Of a stretch of DNA of 23,452 bases, positions 17,311 to 23,452 are shown in pieces (within the stretch, counting starts at the first letter, position 1; each line of letters starts with the position of its first letter). The stretch covers positions 1 through 23,452 of the forward strand of contig CALEKU010000125.1 in NCBI GenBank assembly GCA_937902745.1, written 5' to 3'. The DNA is from an uncultured Armatimonadetes bacterium. GTDB taxonomy: Bacteria; Armatimonadota; Armatimonadia; Armatimonadales; Armatimonadaceae. The position numbers were made by a program, and so were the translations under genes. The notes below the pieces were generated by a model. It was not told where the DNA came from. It searched no databases and saw nothing but the letters and a program-made list of their open reading frames with translations.

Positions 17311-17349
17311 GCCCGGCGCCCACTTCCACCTCGGAAGTGGGCGCCGGGC
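17311..17349 (-). terminator. Hairpin terminator downstream of the secreted beta-helix gene and upstream of nfeD
   Basis: 17-bp perfect stem GCCCGGCGCCCACTTCC / GGAAGTGGGCGCCGGGC with a 5-nt loop. The minus-strand continuation TGCTTGCTTGA is moderately U-rich. Confidence 0.55.
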
Positions 17350-17376
17350 CGGAACTCTTGGGAGGGAGCGAGGCCG

Positions 17377-18648
17377 CTACGGCTCGCGGGCCGTGACACG
17401 TCGGGTGATGTTGAAGGTGCCGCCCGCGTACCGGCCCTGAACACGCAGGGCGACGGTCGCCGGGAGGACGCCCCCATAGTCGGCGTTGATGGTATGCGTG
17501 ACGGTCCGCGACTCCCCCGGGTCGATGGCCTGGACCGACCGGTTCAGGCCGGTGACGCTCGCGGTGCCGATGGTGATGGACTCGATGACGATGCCCTCCG
17601 CGACGCCGGTGCCCGTGTTCTCCAGCGTGAACGAGGCGGAGGTCTGCGCCGCCGTCTGCTGGTTGTGATTCGATACGATCACCAGGCCGTCGCTCAGGCG
17701 CAGCTTCGCGATGGCGTCAGTGCCGATCAGGTTGACCTTGCCGCCGGCGTGGCGGTCGATCACCACATCGTTTAGCGGGGTGCCGTCCGCCAGCATCCCG
17801 TTCAGCCTGAAGATGTCGAAGGGCAATCCGTTCACGTCGGAGCCGGTGCCGGTCTGCGTCATGCTCAGGTTGGAGCCGAAGATGTTCAGCGTCGCGTCCT
17901 TGTGCGCGACCGCCCAGTTCCAGCCCAGGGTGCCGCCCTTCCAGTTCGCCCGGCCGCCCTCGCTGACCCTCAGAATGACTCCGATAAAGCCGCCCGTGAT
18001 CTCTGCCGAGCCGTTCACCTGGAGCATCTCGCCGATGTAGCCACCGCTGATCTTGGTGACCGACTCGGCGCCAAACGCCACCACCGGGCCGTTGATGACC
18101 CCATCCGAGAGGTGGATCTGGCTGCGCTTGCCGAACGAGATGACGCCCCCGCTCTCGTTGCCGCTGGCGACCACGGTGCCACCGCTCATGAACAGGCGGG
18201 AAGCCTCCGCAGAACCGGGGGCATCTTCGAACCCGTAGGAGTCGAGCAGGATCGCTTTACCGACTTCGCCGCCGCTCATGTGGATGGTCGGGTGGTAGGG
18301 ATTGTCCCGCCCGGTGCGGATTTCGTTCTGGACCCGGCCGCCCGAGAAGAAGACGGTGGGCCGGTTCTCGATCCACAGGTTCCCGTCGGTGTCGAACACC
18401 GACTCCACGCCGAAGCCCTCGGTCAGGAACACTGTGAACGGGCTGACGTTGGCGAACCCGATGGCGAGGTTGTCGGCGGGGACGATCGAGTTGTAGCTGG
18501 TGTTGTGGTCGATGAAGTACCAGCTGTTCTGCGCCCGTGCCGGGCGCGCCGCCGCACCGAGGACGAAGGTCAGGAGCAGGAGCAGCCACACTGCCGCTGC
18601 CAGGGGGCGCGTCGGCGCGCCCGGTGAAAAGGAACGAGATACAGCCAT
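17377..18648 (-). CDS. Secreted repeat protein, probable parallel beta-helix (SGG-motif repeats), 423 aa; function unknown
   Basis: Signal peptide MAVSRSFSPGAPTRPLAAAVWLLLLLTFVLGAAARPARA|QN. Periodic SGGxV / TGGFI / KGGTL motifs at roughly 20-25 aa spacing. A C-terminal ~90-aa beta-sandwich-like region. AGGAGG ribosome-binding site upstream of ATG 18648. Confidence 0.6.
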   Translation of the reverse strand: MAVSRSFSPGAPTRPLAAAVWLLLLLTFVLGAAARPARAQNSWYFIDHNTSYNSIVPADNLAIGFANVSPFTVFLTEGFGVESVFDTDGNLWIENRPTVFFSGGRVQNEIRTGRDNPYHPTIHMSGGEVGKAILLDSYGFEDAPGSAEASRLFMSGGTVVASGNESGGVISFGKRSQIHLSDGVINGPVVAFGAESVTKISGGYIGEMLQVNGSAEITGGFIGVILRVSEGGRANWKGGTLGWNWAVAHKDATLNIFGSNLSMTQTGTGSDVNGLPFDIFRLNGMLADGTPLNDVVIDRHAGGKVNLIGTDAIAKLRLSDGLVIVSNHNQQTAAQTSASFTLENTGTGVAEGIVIESITIGTASVTGLNRSVQAIDPGESRTVTHTINADYGGVLPATVALRVQGRYAGGTFNITRRVTAREP

Positions 18649-18747
18649 GGAAAGGTCCTCCTGCCCTATCGTAGGGTGGAGGCGTTAAGAAAGCGTTAGC
18701 TTCGCGCCCCCTCACCATTGCGGGGGCGGAATTGCGGGGAAAGGAGG

Positions 18748-19503
18748 CTATTCGCCCCCTGCCAACGCCGCGGCGTCAGCGAGGAAGGTCAGGGTGCCCG
18801 CTTCGGGGCGGACGCCCGCGGCGGGGTGTTCCCGAATGTCCGCAGCGCCGGAGAGTACCGAACGGAGCGCGGGGGCCTTCTTCGCGCCGGCTACCAGGAA
18901 CAGCGTCGCGCGGGCGGCGTTCAGCACCGGGAAGGTCAGCGTAATCCGGTCTACGGGCGGGGGAAGGACGCCCGGCGGGCTCGCTGCCGCCCAGGCGTCC
19001 GCTACGTCGAGAGCCGGCTTGCCAGGGAAGAGTGAGGCGGTGTGCCCATCGTCTCCCAGTCCGAGCAGAACCAGATCGAAGCGCGGGGGCGTCGCCCCGG
19101 GAAAGAGGGCGCGCAGCGTGGCGTCGTACGCCTGCGCCGCCTCCTCGGGCCTGGCGTGGCCGGCGGTCGTGGGCATGGGGTGGAGGTTCTCCACCGGGAG
19201 GGGCACATGGTCCAGCAGGGTCCGCTGCGCCATTCCCCAGTTGCTCTCCGGGGCGTCGTAGGGTACGAACCGCTCGTCCCCCAGGAACACGCGCGTCCGC
19301 TCCCACGGTATCCGGTCGCGCAGCGGCGGGGCGGCGAGCAGGCGGTACAACTTCTCCGGCGTGGAACCGCCCGCCAGGACGAGAGTGAACGCGCCGCGCG
19401 CCGCGACCGCCGCTTCCGCAGCGGCGAGGACACGGCGCGCCGCCTCCTGTGCGATGGCGTCGGCGTCGGCCAGGGGCACGACTTCGGGGTCATTCTGGGG
19501 CAT
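18748..19503 (-). CDS. pgl: 6-phosphogluconolactonase
   Basis: Conserved LAGGSTP and LGLGDDGHTASLFPG motifs. Start MPQNDPEVVPLADADAIAQ at ATG 19503 gives 251 aa. It overlaps the 3' end of the upstream CNNM-like gene by 14 nt. Confidence 0.8.
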   Translation of the reverse strand: MPQNDPEVVPLADADAIAQEAARRVLAAAEAAVAARGAFTLVLAGGSTPEKLYRLLAAPPLRDRIPWERTRVFLGDERFVPYDAPESNWGMAQRTLLDHVPLPVENLHPMPTTAGHARPEEAAQAYDATLRALFPGATPPRFDLVLLGLGDDGHTASLFPGKPALDVADAWAAASPPGVLPPPVDRITLTFPVLNAARATLFLVAGAKKAPALRSVLSGAADIREHPAAGVRPEAGTLTFLADAAALAGGE

Positions 19504-20836
19504 CGGAGGCGGTGTCCTCTCGTTTGTCGGTGACGGCGGGTATCTCCGGAGCGGGGCCTGCCAGCACACGGTCTACGCGGTGCCCGTCCATGTCCAGCAC
19601 CTCGAAACGCAGGCCCTCCCAGTGGAAGTGATCGCCGACCACGGGGATGCGTCCCAGACGCGCCATGACAAACCCGCCGAGGGTGGTGTAATCGGCGACA
19701 TCCTCCGGGCGCACCTTTACGTCCAGCATGCGCAGCATATCGTCCACGTTCAGCATCCCGTCGAAGAGCCAGGAGCCGTCCTCGCGCTGCACGGCGGGCA
19801 GGTCTTGCGTGTCGGAGGACATCGGCACGTCGCCCATGACCGCCTCCAGGACATCGTGCAGGGTCACCAGGCCGACCACGTTTCCGTACTCGTCCACCAC
19901 CAGCGCGATGTGCTGCCGCGCCCCCTTGAAGGCGTCCAGCACCTGGAGCGCCCGCGTCGTCTCCAGAACGTACACTGGCCGCTGCGCCGCCGCCCGCAGG
20001 TCCACCGGCGCCCCGGTCGCGCCCTGCTCCCAGATCTGCTTGAGCACGGCCACGCCCACGATATTGTCCAGGCTCCCCTCCACGATGGGGAAGGCGGAGC
20101 GCTTCGCCGCCGCGATCCGCTCCCGGTTCTCCTCCCAGGGGTCTTCTACGTCCAGGAAAACGATCTCGCGGCGCGGCGTCATCAGGGCGCTGACGCGCCG
20201 GTCGCCGAGGCGGAACACGCGCTCCACAATCTCCCGCTCCTCCTCGGCGAAGACGCCCGCCCGGGTGCCCTGCGCGATGAGGATCTTGATCTCGTCCTCC
20301 GTCACGGCCGGCTCGCTGGACTCCCGCACCCCCAGGACTTTCAGGATGCCGCGGGTGGAGAGGGACAGCAGCGAGACCAGCGGAGAGGCGGCCGTGGAGA
20401 GCAGGCGCATCGGCTTCGCCACCCGCGCCGCAATCGCCTCGGCGTCGTTCAGCGCAAGCGACTTCGGGACCAGCTCCCCGATCACCAGCGACACGTAGGT
20501 GATGCCGGTAACCACGAGCCCCAGCGCCAGCGGCTTGCTGATGGACGTGGGGACGCCGAGGCCGGCGAGCCAGACGCCCAGCTCATCGGAGAGCTGCGAC
20601 CCACCGAACGCACCCGCGAAGATGCCGATCAGCGTGATGAAGATCTGCACCGTAGACAGGAACCGGTCCGGCTGGCGCACCAGCTCCAGGGCCGCCTGTG
20701 CCCGCTCGTCCCCGGCGTCCGCCCGCTGCTGTAGCCGCACCCGCCGCGCCGAGACGACGGCCGTCTCCGACATGGAGAAGGCCCCGTTCAGGACAGTGAG
20801 CACCACGATAAAGAGAACCTGAAGCGCGTTTTGCAT
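19490..20836 (-). CDS. CNNM/DUF21-CBS-CorC_HlyC family membrane protein (hemolysin/TlyC/CorC-like putative Mg2+/Co2+ efflux), 448 aa
   Basis: N-terminal 4-TM DUF21 region (MQNALQVLFIVVLTVLNGAFSMSETAVVSAR...), tandem CBS region (REIVFLDVEDPWEE...VVDEYGNVVGLVTLHDVLEAV) and a C-terminal CorC_HlyC transporter-associated domain (EDGSWLFDGMLNVDDM...GGFVMARLGRIPVVGDHFHWEGLRFEVLDMDGHRVDRVL). Confidence 0.85.
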   Translation of the reverse strand: MQNALQVLFIVVLTVLNGAFSMSETAVVSARRVRLQQRADAGDERAQAALELVRQPDRFLSTVQIFITLIGIFAGAFGGSQLSDELGVWLAGLGVPTSISKPLALGLVVTGITYVSLVIGELVPKSLALNDAEAIAARVAKPMRLLSTAASPLVSLLSLSTRGILKVLGVRESSEPAVTEDEIKILIAQGTRAGVFAEEEREIVERVFRLGDRRVSALMTPRREIVFLDVEDPWEENRERIAAAKRSAFPIVEGSLDNIVGVAVLKQIWEQGATGAPVDLRAAAQRPVYVLETTRALQVLDAFKGARQHIALVVDEYGNVVGLVTLHDVLEAVMGDVPMSSDTQDLPAVQREDGSWLFDGMLNVDDMLRMLDVKVRPEDVADYTTLGGFVMARLGRIPVVGDHFHWEGLRFEVLDMDGHRVDRVLAGPAPEIPAVTDKREDTASDAPE

Positions 20837-20878
20837 TCTGGATTACAGAATACACGATTCCGCCCCTCAGGAGGCCTT

Positions 20879-21766
20879 CTACCAGCGTAGCGTGGGCGGG
20901 AAGTACTCCGCGATCAGGTCCTCATAGTAGGGGCGCAGCGTCTTCACATCCGGCCGCTCCGGTGTCTTTGAGTACAGGTCGTACGGGTTGAACTTCCGGA
21001 CGGCGGCGAAGAGTTCGCGGTCGCGGTCGTTCATCAGGTGACCGTACGCCCCCTCGGTGTGGGCGGCGTAGAACGAGTGGTAGCGGATCATATAGAGCGC
21101 CTCGTCGGGCAGATAGTCCTTGACCACATGGTACAGGTACTCGTCGTGCCCCCAGGACATGTCTACCTTCTCCAGCCCGCAGCCCGCCTCGTACACTCCG
21201 TTGGGTGTCTGGTACTCAGCGACCTTGTAGTCCGGGTTGTCCACGAAGAACTCCGGGAAGACCACCTTGTCGCTGTACTGGCAGCCGACCGGGAACGTGT
21301 CGCCGACCACGGCCCACTGCGGCTCCCCCCAGAGGCAGAGGATCTTGCCCAGGTCGTGGATCAGGCCGGTGAGTATGAACCAGCGCGGGTGGCCATCGGC
21401 GCGAATCGCCTCGGAGGTCTGCAGCAGATGCTCGATCTGGGTCAGGTCGGTGTCCGGGTCGCTGTCATCTACCAGCGTGTTCAGGTACTCCATCGCCTCC
21501 CAGATGCCCATGCGCCGGTGATTCAGACCCAGGTACTCTGCCTGCTTCGCTTTCACGAAGTCGCGGGACTGGTGGGTGTGGTTAAGGCGGTAGAACTCCT
21601 TCACGCTGGGGCGTGCCTCAGCGCGGTAGTCGCGGTAGGTGTGGTCGCTCTCCTCCGCCTTCTTCTTCACCGTGGCTGTCTCCGCCTCGGGGTATCGCTG
21701 CTGCAGAAACTCGTCCCACTCGTCCAGATCGCCCAGGGGGTTCTGCTGTCCGTCGTTGGCTTTCAT
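20879..21766 (-). CDS. myo-Inositol oxygenase (MIOX), 295 aa
   Basis: Near-colinear match to the eukaryotic/bacterial MIOX signature: [65 protein letters not shown], and the C-terminus [19 protein letters not shown] (compare human ...LRPYYQGLIDKYCPGILSW). The ORF-track extension to 21898 is N-terminal junk (Arg/Met-rich). Confidence 0.85.
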   Translation of the reverse strand: MKANDGQQNPLGDLDEWDEFLQQRYPEAETATVKKKAEESDHTYRDYRAEARPSVKEFYRLNHTHQSRDFVKAKQAEYLGLNHRRMGIWEAMEYLNTLVDDSDPDTDLTQIEHLLQTSEAIRADGHPRWFILTGLIHDLGKILCLWGEPQWAVVGDTFPVGCQYSDKVVFPEFFVDNPDYKVAEYQTPNGVYEAGCGLEKVDMSWGHDEYLYHVVKDYLPDEALYMIRYHSFYAAHTEGAYGHLMNDRDRELFAAVRKFNPYDLYSKTPERPDVKTLRPYYEDLIAEYFPPTLRW

Positions 21767-21856
21767 GTCTTCCCGGCTCACCCTTCCCGCCGCACGTCCC
21801 GCGTGCGTGCGCATCCGCGTTTCTCGCATTCTACCGCGCATCCGGCGCAATAAAAG

Positions 21857-21890
21857 GCCGCCCCCATCGCTCCTGCGCGGCGGGGGCGGC
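21857..21890 (-). terminator. Rho-independent terminator for the STN-repeat gene
   Basis: 9-bp stem GCCGCCCCC / GGGGGCGGC with a 16-nt loop. The minus-strand continuation is CTTTTATTGCG. Confidence 0.55.
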
Positions 21891-21916
21891 AGTGCCACGG
21901 AAGACCGGGTTACTGC

Positions 21917-23452
21917 TTACCGTTGCCGGGCGGGCCGGATGATGACTACGTTGTTACCGGCGACGTAATACTCCGTCGGCAACGCAGCTTGGGCCAGCAG
22001 GCGGGGGACCAGTTCGTTCAGGGGCACGTCTTTGAATTCGCCCGTGACGGTGCCGGTTACCGCGTTGTCGACGGTGAAGTCCTGCCGGACGGCCGCGAAG
22101 ACTTTGAACAGGGCGTCGCGGAGCGACATGTTCTCGGCGATGAGCGTCACCCGGGTCTTCGGCAGGCCGGTGCCCTGTGCGTCTCCGGGGATGGGGTCGG
22201 GCTTCGGAGCGTAGGAGACGGCGACGGGCGGCCGGGTGGACGGGGCATCCTGGAACTGGATAAGCCCCTGCGAGGGCAGCCGGTACACCAGGCGGCGGGA
22301 GGCGTTGCGGAGGATGGCGGACAGGGCTTCCTCGAATGTGGCGTTTTCAGCCGTGACCGAGGTGGTGATCGCCGGAGCGCCTTCCACCGCTATCTGAATC
22401 CCGATGCCCGTACCCCGGAAAAGCTCCTTGAGCACCGTGGTAAGCGGGGTCGGCTCCGGGAAGTGGAGCGTGACCCGTCCTTCCGGCAGGGCGTCCGCGC
22501 CGCGCTGAGAGTAGCCGATGCCGGCGGAGGGGCGTTCCGTAATCAATCGGACCGTATTGCCGTCCAGGCGCCAGAAAAGCCGGGACGGAAGACTGAGCGG
22601 GGACGCAATCCTGTCCGGGGGGGCTTTCATCCCCTGCGAACGGCAGATGAGGTTCAGGAGCGATTCGCGGTCCACGCTCGTCGCCTTGAGCGTGACGATA
22701 GTCTCTTTGTACGCTGCCGGGTTCACGCCCTGGTCCCAGCCGAGGGTCAGGCCGCTGCCCGCGAGCGCCTGCCGAAACGCCTCCTCGATGTGCAGGGCGC
22801 GGAAGTCGGCGGAGACAAGATCGTCCAGGGCAGGGGAGCGCTGCGACTGCGGAGCGGGTGTGGCGGGGGCGGGGGACGCGGCCGGTGGAGGAGCGGCAGG
22901 CTGAGGCGAGGCGGGGGCCGGAGCAGGGGGCTGGGGTGCCCCGGCCGGCGCAGTCGGGGCGGCAGCGGTGGAACGGACATAGACGGCCCCGTTTTGCACG
23001 ATGTACTCCAGGGGCGTGGCGGACAGGGCAAGGAGGCGCGGGAGCAGTTCGTTGAGCGGCACGGCCTTGTACGTGCCCGTGACGGTGCCCACGACCCGGT
23101 TATCGACACTGTAACTTTGTTTCGCCTGATCGAAAACCTGCTCCAGAGCCACCCGCAGAGGCATGTCGTTCGCCTCCAGCGTTACCGGGGTCTTCGGGAG
23201 GCCCGTACCCTTCGCGTTCCCCTGGAGGAAGGGGGGCGGCGGGATGGGGGCGGTGGCCCGTATCACCACCCCTTCGCCGGAACCGATCGTGTAGGTGAGA
23301 GGCACCGAGGCGTGGCGCAGGGCGGCCTCCAGCGCGGCCTTGTAGGTCAGGTTCTCCGCGCGTACCGTGGTGGTGATGTTGGGATCGGTGACCGCGCGGC
23401 CGTCCGGACCGAGATCGACGTACGCTGTGGTGAGGCCGTTCACGCCGCGCTT
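21917..23452 (-). CDS. Tandem-repeat STN-like (secretin/TonB N-terminal-like) domain protein with Pro/Ala-rich linker; 5' end beyond window
   Basis: Internally duplicated modules such as GTGLPKTRVTLIAENMSLRDALFKVFAAVRQDFTVDNAVTGTVTGEFKDVPLNELVPRLLAQAALPTEYYVAGNNVVIIRP and GTGLPKTPVTLEANDMPLRVALEQVFDQAKQSYSVDNRVVGTVTGTYKAVPLNELLPRLLALSATPLEYIVQNGAVYVRS. Both follow the STN pattern (V.L...N.SL.DAL..V....G..F.VD..V.G.V.G.F..VPL.E.L..LL...GL.Y...GN.V.I.P). The linker is PTAPAGAPQPPAPAPASPQPAAPPPAASPAPATPAP. There is no C-terminal secretin domain. Confidence 0.5.
   Translation of the reverse strand, partial: KRGVNGLTTAYVDLGPDGRAVTDPNITTTVRAENLTYKAALEAALRHASVPLTYTIGSGEGVVIRATAPIPPPPFLQGNAKGTGLPKTPVTLEANDMPLRVALEQVFDQAKQSYSVDNRVVGTVTGTYKAVPLNELLPRLLALSATPLEYIVQNGAVYVRSTAAAPTAPAGAPQPPAPAPASPQPAAPPPAASPAPATPAPQSQRSPALDDLVSADFRALHIEEAFRQALAGSGLTLGWDQGVNPAAYKETIVTLKATSVDRESLLNLICRSQGMKAPPDRIASPLSLPSRLFWRLDGNTVRLITERPSAGIGYSQRGADALPEGRVTLHFPEPTPLTTVLKELFRGTGIGIQIAVEGAPAITTSVTAENATFEEALSAILRNASRRLVYRLPSQGLIQFQDAPSTRPPVAVSYAPKPDPIPGDAQGTGLPKTRVTLIAENMSLRDALFKVFAAVRQDFTVDNAVTGTVTGEFKDVPLNELVPRLLAQAALPTEYYVAGNNVVIIRPARQR

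Noticed and set aside
19361-20734. 457-aa + strand ORF antisense to the CNNM/CorC gene
   Set aside because: No domain signatures. The opposite strand encodes a complete DUF21-CBS-CorC_HlyC architecture.
21767-21898. 44-aa N-terminal extension of the MIOX ORF (Arg/Met-rich)
   Set aside because: The MIOX family alignment starts near [14 protein letters not shown]. The upstream segment overlaps the terminator hairpin of the neighbouring gene.

Overview
This is a high-GC (~68-70%) bacterial chromosomal segment with dense coding on both strands. I see no rRNA, tRNA or CRISPR. The contents, left to right, are as follows. (1) A complete Type I restriction-modification operon, hsdM-hsdS-hsdR, on the + strand with overlapping stop/start codons. 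It is followed on the same strand by a VOC/glyoxalase-fold gene and a GNAT acetyltransferase, and closed by a terminator. (2) A minus-strand block of hppD (4-hydroxyphenylpyruvate dioxygenase), moeA and moaC, with a large structured inverted-repeat element between moaC and moeA. (3) A plus-strand block: a PhyH-family Fe(II)/2OG dioxygenase, an unusual single polypeptide made of three tandem YbjQ/UPF0145 (DUF74) domains, and an NmrA-like NAD(P)-binding protein. (4) A minus-strand nfeD-flotillin (SPFH) operon bracketed by two related GC-rich hairpins and preceded by a secreted beta-helix-like SGG-repeat protein. (5) A minus-strand run of 6-phosphogluconolactonase, a CNNM/CorC-HlyC family membrane protein and myo-inositol oxygenase. 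(6) A partial gene for a protein built from tandem STN-like (secretin/TonB N-terminal-like) repeats with a Pro-rich linker. Non-coding points of interest: a 57-bp perfect inverted repeat upstream of hsdM; a 22-nt motif (CGAATnnATTCG core) shared by that repeat and the promoter region of the triple-YbjQ gene; and a 39-bp perfect palindrome built from TTTCCACAG repeats. All functional calls come from my recognition of conserved motifs in the translated ORFs. No database search was run.
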